From a virus (Duplodnaviria; Heunggongvirae; Uroviricota; Caudoviricetes), in IMG/VR virus record IMGVR_UViG_3300045049_000270: a DNA stretch of 64,000 nt, one strand, 5' to 3'. This document shows positions 33,903 through 42,398 of this stretch, piece after piece (positions within the stretch are counted from its first letter, which is position 1; every line of letters starts with the position of its first letter). A program made the translations under genes and the position numbers. A model generated the notes under the pieces. That model was not told where the DNA came from, did not search any database, and was given only the letters and a program-made list of their open reading frames with translations.

Positions 33903-34176
33903 CCTGATGCCTCGGCGCGGCAATGCCGTGCCGCGCCAGTTCGGCCACGCTGCCCGGCCCGACCACGCCGATCGGCACGGAGTCTGGCCAAGCGAAACCG
34001 GGGACTGCGCCGAGCGCACGTTCGATCGCGTTCGGCGAAACGAAGACGACGAGCGCATAACGCTCCAGCGAGGCGAAGGGAAAGAAACAACATGACAAGC
34101 GAACAGCGGAAAAAGAACGTGAGGGCAAGCGTGAAGTTGAGCGCGCAATGAAAACGAACAAGAGGGATATCTGAAT

Positions 34177-34410
34177 ATGCGAGCACGTGAACATCGTGGT
34201 GGATTGGCCGAATCACTGGCTACGGTCTTCAATTTCGAAACGAAGGAAGACTTGTTGACGGAAATTAACGAACGCATGGGGACACATTTTTGCCATGACG
34301 ACATTGCATTCCTTCATCAAGGAAAAGATGAACGCATTGGTTGGGATACTTACTTGGTGAGTGTGCGTGGCTATGGTGTGTTCGGATATACAGATGGGAT
34401 ACCAAAATAA
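34177..34410 (+). CDS. hypothetical protein (77 aa)
   Basis: AGAGGG RBS then ATG; stop overlaps the tpt1 start (ATAATG). Confidence 0.4.
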   Translation: MRAREHRGGLAESLATVFNFETKEDLLTEINERMGTHFCHDDIAFLHQGKDERIGWDTYLVSVRGYGVFGYTDGIPK

Positions 34411-34958
34411 TGAATGAAGACTTCAATAAAAAGTACAAAAAGCATAGTATTTGGTTGTCGTACTTGCTGCGACATGGTGCGAAAGAACAAAAAGTCAAAA
34501 TTGACAAACAAGCATTCATCCTAGTAGACGATGTGATAGCGGCGGGCAAGAAAGCAGGTTATGAATTTGATCTTGAAATCCTGAAAGGAATTGTTGCTAA
34601 CGATCAGAAGGGCCGTTATTCATTCAATGAAGACTTCACCAAAATTCGGGCAAACCAAGGACATTCCATTAATGTTGATCCTGGGTTGCAAAAAGCAGTG
34701 CCGCCAGTGATCTTGTATCACGGCACTTCAAGCGAAGCTTGGGAGATCATCAAGAAGAAAGGTCTCAATAAGATGACACGCACTCACGTTCATCTCACTG
34801 CTGACATTGAACTGGCTCGGAAACGGTTTCGAAAAACTGTAGTAATCGAAGTTGACTCTAAAGCTATGCTGGCTGATAAAGTTGATTTCTACAAGTCAGC
34901 AAATGATGTGTGGCTGGTTGATGCCGTAGATGCAAAGTATCTGAAGCTTGTGGAATGA
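34410..34958 (+). CDS. kptA: RNA 2'-phosphotransferase (Tpt1/KptA)
   Basis: near-collinear with E. coli KptA: WLSYLLRHG, GRYSF...IRANQGHS, VILYHGTSSEAWEIIKKKGL, RTHVHLTAD, NDVWLVD. Confidence 0.8.
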   Translation: MNEDFNKKYKKHSIWLSYLLRHGAKEQKVKIDKQAFILVDDVIAAGKKAGYEFDLEILKGIVANDQKGRYSFNEDFTKIRANQGHSINVDPGLQKAVPPVILYHGTSSEAWEIIKKKGLNKMTRTHVHLTADIELARKRFRKTVVIEVDSKAMLADKVDFYKSANDVWLVDAVDAKYLKLVE

Positions 34959-34965
34959 AATTCAC

Positions 34966-35025
34966 TTGACGCCACATTCAGGTGAACTTATCATCTGACG
35001 TACGGTAAACAACGTGAGGAGGGAA
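34966..35025 (+). promoter_or_regulatory. family-P promoter cassette
   Basis: TTGACG-N17-TATCAT; CCACATTCAGGTGAACT; CTGACGTACGGTAAACAACGTGAGGAGG. Confidence 0.55.
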
Positions 35026-35030
35026 ACGAG

Positions 35031-35402
35031 ATGTCCACAACGATCAAAGATTTCGGTCGCCACAGCGAACGTTTCGGTGACATCAGCCACTACTACGCAT
35101 TTCCTGTGCGTTTCTGGTTTGGCAACAGCCAGCTCACACCGGAAGATGTGTTGACGTGGCTGCGTGAAAATGCAAAGGGCTACTACAAGGTGGTGTGCTA
35201 CACGCACAAGGATTCCACGCGCGTCAAGGGTCGGCCGAAGGAATTCGAAAACCAGATCATCTACGTCGACAAAGTGTACTTGTCGAGCGAAGAAGACGCT
35301 GCGAAGATCAAGTTGTCGTTCGATGTTCGCGACGTGAAGGTCAAGCGTCCTCGTATCGCGGCGCGCCGCAAGAAAGTCAAGACCTACAAGACGAAGAAGT
35401 AA
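35031..35402 (+). CDS. hypothetical protein with Lys/Arg-rich C-terminal tail
   Basis: family-P promoter at 34966; GAGGAGGG RBS; tail KRPRIAARRKKVKTYKTKK. Confidence 0.45.
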   Translation: MSTTIKDFGRHSERFGDISHYYAFPVRFWFGNSQLTPEDVLTWLRENAKGYYKVVCYTHKDSTRVKGRPKEFENQIIYVDKVYLSSEEDAAKIKLSFDVRDVKVKRPRIAARRKKVKTYKTKK

Positions 35403-35541
35403 GCGGGTGAGGGGCGACAGCCCCTCAAACAGTTCAGTTAGTACTGGAGAATCCATGTAAGAAGTGCGTTTGGGCATTTGAGTATCATCCCATGTAGAGG
35501 CATTGGTTGGGGGCCAGCATTAAATGAACAGTGGAGGAAAT

Positions 35542-35898
35542 ATGGTTTACGATAGCGATTATCCGAATGAACCGATCGGAGGTGATAATCCTTATTATTG
35601 CTGCTCGTCTTGTAAACTTTCGGATCCACAGATCAACGGTGACATCAACAGACACCATTTCTGGTGTCTGTATCGTATTCAGAAGCAAGGTTACAAGCTA
35701 ACGTCAACGCAATATTACGATTTGCTTGATGAACTTGATCGTGAAGATCTACAAGACTACACGGTTGTGGTGATGGCGGCTCGTGATATGGAGAGTAACA
35801 ATATTGTCAGTGCTCTTGCCCGCTTGAAGGTTGATGCTGATAAGCTTCGTATGGTGAGCCCAAAATTGTACGCGATCATCTTGGCACAAAGCGCGTGA
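35542..35898 (+). CDS. hypothetical protein
   Basis: GGAGGAAATA then ATG. Confidence 0.45.
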   Translation: MVYDSDYPNEPIGGDNPYYCCSSCKLSDPQINGDINRHHFWCLYRIQKQGYKLTSTQYYDLLDELDREDLQDYTVVVMAARDMESNNIVSALARLKVDADKLRMVSPKLYAIILAQSA

Positions 35899-35907
35899 AA
35901 ACATCGC

Positions 35908-35963
35908 TTTACATCAAATTCATGCGAACATACTATCTGCGATAGGTAAACGAACAGGAGAAT
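35908..35963 (+). promoter_or_regulatory. family-P variant promoter
   Basis: TTTACA-N17-TACTAT; AATTCATGCGAACA; GATAGGTAAACGAACAGGAG. Confidence 0.45.
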
Positions 35964-35966
35964 CAG

Positions 35967-36305
35967 GTGATGGCCCGCCCGGGGAGCATCGAACAACGAA
36001 TATTGATGAAGCGACGTGCTCGTCGTATGGCCCATCCCTTCGAATCTTCGCCTGTGGCGGTAACGCTATACGGTGGTCAGACAGAACCCGTGCTGAAGGC
36101 AGATAAGGGCAAGATGGCGGGAAGTTGCAATCGTACCGCCTGCCAGGAACCTGGTGCAGTTTGGTGGAACCGTGGTTCGTATGCGTATTACTGCTACGAT
36201 TGCTCGAGGATGCTTAACCGAGCGAACCAGGATTTCCCAGAAGGCGATCTCTGCGTGCTTGATGTTAAGGCTCTTGAACTATTCGAGAAGAGGCAAGCAG
36301 CATGA
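35967..36305 (+). CDS. Cys-rich zinc-finger-like protein
   Basis: promoter at 35908; CNRTAC ... CYDCSRM; AGGAGAATCAG then GTG/ATG. Confidence 0.45.
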   Translation: MMARPGSIEQRILMKRRARRMAHPFESSPVAVTLYGGQTEPVLKADKGKMAGSCNRTACQEPGAVWWNRGSYAYYCYDCSRMLNRANQDFPEGDLCVLDVKALELFEKRQAA

Positions 36306-36979
36306 AGCTCTTTCATGGCACCACGAGTCGGCACCTACCTTCAATTCTGGCTGATGGTCTGACGCCGCGCAATCAAAACGAGATGAGTAACTGGGATCAT
36401 AGTATCCCCAGCAATGCTCAAACAGTATACCTGACTGATGCGTATGCTCTATACTTTGCAGCTCAAGCAAGCAAAGTTGATGAGCAGCTTGTCGTTCTAG
36501 AAATCGACACTAGTAAGATGAATCAGTATAAGTTTGTCGCTGATGAAGACGCGATTGAGCAAGCAACTCGCGGCCAGGACAAACTGCCGAAAGCTTGGGA
36601 TATGCATAAGCGAACCATGTTTTATCGCGAACGTGCTGATCAATACTCTTGGGAAGGAAGCCTAAAAGTGTTGGGCACTTGCGGATATCGCGGGGTAATA
36701 TCGCCACAAGCATTCACGAGAGTGGCTCTAGTTGAACCCAAACAGTTTGCAAGAATGGTTTGGTCTGGTTATGATCCGTCTATTACGGTAATGAATTACA
36801 GGATAGTTGGACATAATTATCGATTTGCTATGCGGTGGCTTTTTGATGAAAATGCTGAGCAAGAAGTTGATAATACAAACCCCTTCTCCGCAATTGGCAT
36901 TTTCAATATTCCCAAGACCCGTGAAGGCATTGAGGTTCTCGGGATTAATGAAGCAAAAATGCGGTTCATTGTAGAATAA
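36302..36979 (+). CDS. Tpt1/ADP-ribosyltransferase-fold paralog (catalytic lobe only)
   Basis: MKLFHGTTSRHLPSILADGL ... VYLTD parallels the Tpt1 LYHGT...GL...VHLTAD segment of the gene at 34410; ATGA overlap. Confidence 0.45.
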   Translation: MKLFHGTTSRHLPSILADGLTPRNQNEMSNWDHSIPSNAQTVYLTDAYALYFAAQASKVDEQLVVLEIDTSKMNQYKFVADEDAIEQATRGQDKLPKAWDMHKRTMFYRERADQYSWEGSLKVLGTCGYRGVISPQAFTRVALVEPKQFARMVWSGYDPSITVMNYRIVGHNYRFAMRWLFDENAEQEVDNTNPFSAIGIFNIPKTREGIEVLGINEAKMRFIVE

Positions 36980-37136
36980 GGCGTAAACCAGATTTAAATG
37001 AAACGTGGTATTCTTTTAAGATGAATAAGCATAAAATGCTTGTATAGGTGAGCAGGTGATGTTAGAGTTCATTTACACAAGCAGTTTTGTGGAAAGATTA
37101 GATCAAAAACTCACTTGAAGTAAAGGAGAATTTCAT

Positions 37137-37967
37137 ATGTCTTCGTTGGTTCTGCAATTCAACGGGGCGGCGGTCGAGCTGCTCCATGGTATCACCCGTC
37201 TTCGTGTCAAGACGATGAAGCGTGGGGGCGTTGAATACCTGGCCCTGCGCCCCAGCTACCGCGTTTCGGGTAAAAACATGCAAGCGCGCACGGCAAAAGC
37301 TGAAAGCGGAGCAACGCTGGTTGAAATTCCCGCAAGTTTCATCAAAGACCTCAAGTATCCTCGCCCCGAGCTCGGCACATCATTCCTGTTCCACAACGAC
37401 GGCTACGGATGGTTCACCTTGCGTGATCTTCCGGACGATGCAGCCGAATCGACCCCCACTTTGATCGTTGCGGACAGCGCGTTGATGAAGACAGCGACCC
37501 TGTCCGATGCAAAGGCTGAAGAACCGGCAAAAGAACCGAAGCAAGCCAAGGCCGACAAACTGCCCAAGCCCGACAAATTACCCAAGGCAGCAAAAGCTGA
37601 CAAGCCGAAAGCTGAACGCAAGGGCAAGTCGAAGCAAGTTGAAGCACAGCCCGAAGCGCCGACTGAGCCAACCAACGCTCAACCCGAAACGAACGCTGGG
37701 GCGACGGGTGGTGTAACGACAGAGCAACCCAGTGCGACGGCTGGTGAAGCACAAGACACGAGCTCGGCAGAGGCACTGATGCAGCACTTCGGCGCTGAAA
37801 GCAACGGCGAGCAAGCAACAGGCGAAACGACGAATGCACCGGCTGGTGATGCACAAGTCGAAGGCCAGACACCCGCTGCGGCAGCCGAAGCAAAAAATAC
37901 AACCGCTGCCGTGAAGAAAGCGTCGACTTCCAAGAAGGGCCAAGACAAGAAGGAAGCGCAAGCGTAA
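37137..37967 (+). CDS. protein with ~110 aa globular N-terminus and long Lys/Ala/Glu/Pro-rich low-complexity tail
   Basis: AAGGAG RBS; tail has KAEEPAKEPKQAKADKLPKPDKLPKAAKADKPKAE repeats; terminator at 37988. Confidence 0.5.
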   Translation: MSSLVLQFNGAAVELLHGITRLRVKTMKRGGVEYLALRPSYRVSGKNMQARTAKAESGATLVEIPASFIKDLKYPRPELGTSFLFHNDGYGWFTLRDLPDDAAESTPTLIVADSALMKTATLSDAKAEEPAKEPKQAKADKLPKPDKLPKAAKADKPKAERKGKSKQVEAQPEAPTEPTNAQPETNAGATGGVTTEQPSATAGEAQDTSSAEALMQHFGAESNGEQATGETTNAPAGDAQVEGQTPAAAAEAKNTTAAVKKASTSKKGQDKKEAQA

Positions 37968-37987
37968 GTTAATGTTACGCAATAATC

Positions 37988-38024
37988 AAGGCTAACCCCT
38001 TAAAGGGGTTAGCCTTTGTTTCAT
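37988..38024 (+). terminator. rho-independent terminator
   Basis: AAGGCTAACCCCTTAAAGGGGTTAGCCTTTGTTTC. Confidence 0.7.
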
Positions 38025-38036
38025 TGAGGTGGTGAG

Positions 38037-38309
38037 TTGGACAGCTATGAATTAGTGTATCCAGCCGCAATACCAGTGAAAGTGCATAAAGGTGGGCGAT
38101 TTGTGTTTGCCCGAAGCGTTGCTATCTTTGTATTGAATATGTTGCAGGAAGATGTAGACGAAGATGAGCAACTTGAATACACCACAATGGATAACGTAGA
38201 ACTAGGTGAATGTCTCCTTGCGGCAGGAGCCATACATGATAGTGTATTCGGTGGAGTTGTCGTTGATGGTGCTCCAAACGGTTTCATTCAAGCAGTTCAA
38301 ATAACATAG
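38037..38309 (+). CDS. hypothetical protein, paralog pair member 1
   Basis: VYPAAIPVKV...GGVVVDGAPNGF parallels the downstream gene. Confidence 0.4.
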   Translation: MDSYELVYPAAIPVKVHKGGRFVFARSVAIFVLNMLQEDVDEDEQLEYTTMDNVELGECLLAAGAIHDSVFGGVVVDGAPNGFIQAVQIT

Positions 38310-38317
38310 GTGATACT

Positions 38318-38602
38318 ATGAATGTTGAAAGACGAGCCGATTTTTTAAACGAACCAGTATATCCTGACTCCATTCCTATGAGTATCCCAGCTGGTTACAA
38401 ATGGGTATTCGCAAGGGAAGTAGCACTATCACTCTTGGGTAAGCAATTGCATTCTGACCCTAAGAGCGTAGGATTACATAGGCTAACCAATGATCAACTC
38501 GGCCAACAACTGGTCGAAATGAAAGTTCTATATCCCGAATATTTGGGAGGAGTTGTTGATGATGGTGAGCCCAATGGAATCATGCCTTTCCCCATTAAGT
38601 AA
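38318..38602 (+). CDS. hypothetical protein, paralog pair member 2
   Basis: VYPDSIPMSIP...GGVVDDGEPNGI. Confidence 0.4.
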   Translation: MNVERRADFLNEPVYPDSIPMSIPAGYKWVFAREVALSLLGKQLHSDPKSVGLHRLTNDQLGQQLVEMKVLYPEYLGGVVDDGEPNGIMPFPIK

Positions 38603-38965
38603 TTAACCACCCCATGGTTGGTGGTCTGCGATAATACAGATCACCTTATTCTCACGAGCCAATTCCATCGCTTTTTCGTTTAGTGGATTATAGTCATCCG
38701 GACAGGGATGACTATCGACCACACAAACGTTAAATCCTGCTTCTTTCAATGCTTTGTGAATCACTGCTATCTCGCAATGGATAGTTGATCCAGGACCACT
38801 AACACGAATATCAATTCTAGATTTCATTTCAAAAATAATTCCGCATAAATCAATAGCAAGATTGCAGGAATAGCAAAACATCCTGCAATCAGTCCAAAGT
38901 AATCTCTTGCCTTTTGTGGGGCTAATTTCTTTAACCAAACTTTCACTTTTTCTTAGCCCGGACAT
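38603..38965 (-). CDS. hypothetical protein (minus strand)
   Basis: 120 aa ORF; overlaps the next minus-strand gene by 23 nt. Confidence 0.4.
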   Translation of the reverse strand: MSGLRKSESLVKEISPTKGKRLLWTDCRMFCYSCNLAIDLCGIIFEMKSRIDIRVSGPGSTIHCEIAVIHKALKEAGFNVCVVDSHPCPDDYNPLNEKAMELARENKVICIIADHQPWGG

Positions 38966-39272
38966 GCGCAGAGCGCAATACAGCCTCTGCGCCCAAAAGA
39001 AGCTTGTGGGCTTCTTTTAAACTCTGGATGGCCGCCAGAACGTCTTCTGGCGTGTTGGTGAGGTCTCGGCGATATATTCCCTGAAATCCATACGCAGCAT
39101 CGCCAACTTTGTGCATAGCATGCGCCGTTCGTTTCAGCAAATTATCAAATTCTTCACTTCCTGGTTGAACTGGACCATACCGACGTAGCATGTTCGATCC
39201 GTTCGGATCATCTTTTGCCGCCATAGCATGAGTCACAGCGTCCCACATTGACGTAGGTTTCTTATCGCTCAT
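38943..39272 (-). CDS. hypothetical protein (minus strand)
   Basis: 109 aa ORF with start near 39272. Confidence 0.4.
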   Translation of the reverse strand: MSDKKPTSMWDAVTHAMAAKDDPNGSNMLRRYGPVQPGSEEFDNLLKRTAHAMHKVGDAAYGFQGIYRRDLTNTPEDVLAAIQSLKEAHKLLLGAEAVLRSAHVRAKKK

Positions 39273-39353
39273 TTCTTTGTGCGCTGTTAATTAGTTTGAC
39301 ACACCACTAAATAACTTTGTGGTGCATGCCAAATTATAACAGGAGCCAGTGAT

Positions 39354-39839
39354 ATGAGCAATCCGCGCGCCGAAAATTCCCTAAGTGCTGGTCTTTTTGC
39401 TGGTCAAACTCAACTCTGTTATGGCTGGGAACTCTCACGATTCACCTGTCGCAACGAAACTATTCTATCTCTGAAACAATGTCAGCAGTTGATTAAAGAA
39501 GTCTGGAAGGAACTCAATATGAAAGGTCCAGCACCAAAAGTGATTGATGGTCGTGGCAGCATTTATGCTCGTAGTGATTGTAAAGAAATTCACCTCCCCA
39601 AATGGTCAAGAAACAATATTATTGTTTTGCATGAATTAGCTCATACTTTGACAAATTTCATAGATGAAACTGATAGTGGTGAACACGGTGGTATCTTTGT
39701 TCACGTCATGATCACGCTTTTGACTAGATTCGCAGGCTATAAATATGGGGAACTTTCGAAATCTGCGCAAGCATTTGGCTTGAAGGTTACGAACATTAAA
39801 TTAGCCACAAAGCTGAAAAACTTCACAAATGCAGCATAA
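39354..39839 (+). CDS. putative zinc metallopeptidase (HExxH; SprT/WLM-like)
   Basis: IVLHELAHTL motif; AGGAGCCAG then ATG. Confidence 0.5.
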   Translation: MSNPRAENSLSAGLFAGQTQLCYGWELSRFTCRNETILSLKQCQQLIKEVWKELNMKGPAPKVIDGRGSIYARSDCKEIHLPKWSRNNIIVLHELAHTLTNFIDETDSGEHGGIFVHVMITLLTRFAGYKYGELSKSAQAFGLKVTNIKLATKLKNFTNAA

Positions 39840-40038
39840 AATTCTAGATCGTATCCGTGATATGGCATACGACCAATCAGTAACATTTGAGGATATCGAC
39901 CAGTTTGTTGATGAATGCATCGAATTTTTGATGCGCGAAGCTACACCAGAACTTAATTTCAAGTCTGATATCTATGAATTAGAGAATGCGCGACAGAATG
40001 CTATTCTCATAAAACTATCGATCACACCACAACGGTAA
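39829..40038 (+). CDS. hypothetical protein (69 aa)
   Basis: overlaps the upstream gene by 11 nt. Confidence 0.35.
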   Translation: MQHKILDRIRDMAYDQSVTFEDIDQFVDECIEFLMREATPELNFKSDIYELENARQNAILIKLSITPQR

Positions 40039-40042
40039 ACAT

Positions 40043-40654
40043 ATGATTTACAATTTAACTCTGCCAAAGCTGTCAGATACACTCACATCAAGCTTGATAA
40101 CTCAAGCAACAAATATGTTCACAGCTGATAATATTACAAGCTTCAATAGTCGTCATCCTTGGCCATATACAAGTGCGCAAATGACCGCTTCTAATATTGT
40201 TGAACGTATGGGGTGTATGATTCCAGATCCCACTGATTTGGCAGCAGCTATTTCGTCTTCACTACCATTTGCTGTGGATTATGAATTCTTTATTATGAAG
40301 AACACCACAGCTAGTACTCCTGCCCTTATGCCACCAAGCCGTGGATTGGCTGGTTCAGTTGCAATCAATTATTACCTTCAACTTGGCGGCAGCACCTTAT
40401 ATAATTTCTTCTTTAACGAAGCCGTCAATCAAGCAAATACCGTATATGATCCAACATTAACACCAACGTCGTCATATACTATGACCGCTGGCTCTTGGTA
40501 TGCATTTGATGCTACCATGGTACGCTCAATTTCTGGGATTACTGATACTTGTATTGTAGTCAGTTTGGCTCCAACTGATACCTCAATTACATTCCCAGAT
40601 TTACTACAACAACATCCTAGTTTGTTTGGACCGTCATATACACCAAACGCATAA
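40043..40654 (+). CDS. hypothetical protein, paralog A of the gene at 41733
   Basis: shared N-terminal pattern LP.LS..LT..LI..A...F....-----RPYPF/WPY-S..I..NIVER and FIM.N; terminator at 40655. Confidence 0.45.
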   Translation: MIYNLTLPKLSDTLTSSLITQATNMFTADNITSFNSRHPWPYTSAQMTASNIVERMGCMIPDPTDLAAAISSSLPFAVDYEFFIMKNTTASTPALMPPSRGLAGSVAINYYLQLGGSTLYNFFFNEAVNQANTVYDPTLTPTSSYTMTAGSWYAFDATMVRSISGITDTCIVVSLAPTDTSITFPDLLQQHPSLFGPSYTPNA

Positions 40655-40687
40655 AGGAAAACCCTGCATTTGCAGGGTTTTCCTTTT
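40655..40687. terminator. bidirectional terminator between convergent genes
   Basis: GGAAAACCCTGCAAATGCAGGGTTTTCC with A/T runs on both sides. Confidence 0.65.
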
Positions 40688-41654
40688 AGATTGTCCACAA
40701 TCGTTGAGTTCCTTTTGGCTGTTTCAAAAATTCAGTAAACTCAAATGCATCCGCATACAGAATATTCTTCCTACCGGCACGTTGTAATTCTATCTGTTTT
40801 TTCCAATAATCATCTTTGGAATATGTTTCAAACCCATGCTGTTTACTTCTATGGAGTAAACCGTCCCAATTCGCTTGACAAACAAGTGGCTTGAAATATG
40901 AAGTGAACATGCGCCATGTCCAATATGGGTTTTTACTATCTTCCTTAAAAGCATCAAACATACTCTTATACGCACCAGCCAAAAATGCATCACAAAATAC
41001 ATTATCAATTTGTGACATATAGAGCTCGGGTGTGTATTTAAAAAAGATTGATGTGCCTTCTACCCCTTCATTGACATAACAACGTTGTAGGTAAGTGGCT
41101 GAGATTTCAATCATAAGTTTACCACCGACCATATCAAATACTGGGTTACCGGCTCCTATTAAAATTGTGTGAGTATCTTTGTAAAGATCCAATAAATGAG
41201 CTTGCACGATTTTACGATAAAAGTGTATGCAATATTTTTGTGCAAGATATGTACCGCGCCCAGCTAAAAACGCTTCTACCGAATACTTGACACAGGTATG
41301 TTTGATATTATGAAGTTTGCAGAATTCAATTGCATAGTTGACGTCATCGGCATTAATGATATTACCGTCGTTATCTAACCAAGCCATAGTTACGGCTTCG
41401 AAGTCCTTCTTTATTTCTTTCAATGCCAAACAAACGATCTGTGAATCTAATCCAGCAGACAACCCAACTATAAATGGTTTCTTCCATTCATTTGCCATTA
41501 ATGTGGCTGCTCGAATTGTTTCTACATGAAAGGAATCGTGTGTGCCAGCACTTGTAAATTGGACTTTGTAAGTTGACTCGGTTGACGTTGGCAAATTATA
41601 CCAACCGTCGTCCCAACCCCAATGATAATGGTCGTTGTGTGTACCTGAATTCAT
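40686..41654 (-). CDS. PP-loop ATP pyrophosphatase (adenine nucleotide alpha-hydrolase superfamily; QueC/AsnB-like)
   Basis: FIVGLSAGLDSQIVCLAL = SGGxDS PP-loop; 322 aa; minus strand, sharing the bidirectional terminator at 40655. Confidence 0.6.
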   Translation of the reverse strand: MNSGTHNDHYHWGWDDGWYNLPTSTESTYKVQFTSAGTHDSFHVETIRAATLMANEWKKPFIVGLSAGLDSQIVCLALKEIKKDFEAVTMAWLDNDGNIINADDVNYAIEFCKLHNIKHTCVKYSVEAFLAGRGTYLAQKYCIHFYRKIVQAHLLDLYKDTHTILIGAGNPVFDMVGGKLMIEISATYLQRCYVNEGVEGTSIFFKYTPELYMSQIDNVFCDAFLAGAYKSMFDAFKEDSKNPYWTWRMFTSYFKPLVCQANWDGLLHRSKQHGFETYSKDDYWKKQIELQRAGRKNILYADAFEFTEFLKQPKGTQRLWTI

Positions 41655-41732
41655 GATATTCTATAAGGTTTAAAGTGGTATTTAACTATATTTTCATAAC
41701 TAAATACCTGCAAAAACGTTCAAGGATATTAT

Positions 41733-42329
41733 ATGTTTCAAGTAGTTCCTTTACCTACGCTTTCACCAGAGTTGACTGATAAGTTAATTAAATTGGCTAA
41801 AGATCTATTTTATGACGAAGAATTACAACGTCAGTGGATAACCACTCGTCCATATCCATTCTCTACTGAAATTCTTGATCATTACAATATTGTCGAACGC
41901 ATCAGTTTCAATATTGGTGACTATATTGATTTGTGTGAATTGAAAGCAATAATGGAACCGGCTTTACCAATTGAGGCCACCTATCAATTGTTTATTATGC
42001 GGAATATTCGGCCAAATAGAAAAGCTATCTTTCCAGCACATACTGATAGAAAACGTGGTGTTGCACTTAACTATCTTCTTCAAAGTGGTGGTGAAAATGT
42101 AAAACTACATTTTCATGAGCCTGCCGCTTCTGTTGCCAATACATTTTTCAACGAAATCAACGCTCCCATAAGAGCAACTTTTGACACACCACTTGGGGCC
42201 TGGGGGGCATTGGACGCAACCGACATTCATAGTGTTACTGGCATCGAAGGTGATCGTATCATATTCACATTGAGTCCTTGCGATCAAACACTTTCCTACC
42301 ATGACTTCTTAGCCAAAATGATGCCTTGA
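41733..42329 (+). CDS. hypothetical protein, paralog A' of the gene at 40043
   Basis: MFQVVPLPTLSPELTDKLIKLA...RPYPFSTEILDHYNIVERI...FIMRN. Confidence 0.45.
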   Translation: MFQVVPLPTLSPELTDKLIKLAKDLFYDEELQRQWITTRPYPFSTEILDHYNIVERISFNIGDYIDLCELKAIMEPALPIEATYQLFIMRNIRPNRKAIFPAHTDRKRGVALNYLLQSGGENVKLHFHEPAASVANTFFNEINAPIRATFDTPLGAWGALDATDIHSVTGIEGDRIIFTLSPCDQTLSYHDFLAKMMP

Positions 42330-42398
42330 GGTATTCATCTGTTGACTCCTTCACCAAATGAACGTAAACTTGGTTTATGGTCAAGAGCGGAGGAAAAG

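Noticed and set aside
33736-34194. Minus-strand frame resembling uroporphyrinogen-III synthase (VFVSPNAIERAL...VGPGSVAELARHGI)
   Set aside because: The similarity is short, from memory, and in a GC-rich artifact-prone region. It may instead reflect a relic of captured bacterial DNA, so I did not call it a gene.
33121-34304. Several long overlapping ORFs on both strands, up to 325 aa, inside the high-GC island
   Set aside because: High GC suppresses stop codons in all frames. Their Arg/Ala/Pro/Ser-rich composition and mutual overlap mark them as artifacts. Only the + strand ORF continuing from the promoter at 32747 is kept, at low confidence.
37403-37982. Minus-strand and alternative-frame ORFs (90-162 aa) across the low-complexity tail of the 37137 gene
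   Set aside because: They are artifacts of the repetitive GCN/AAG-rich coding sequence. The + strand frame has a promoter, RBS and terminator.
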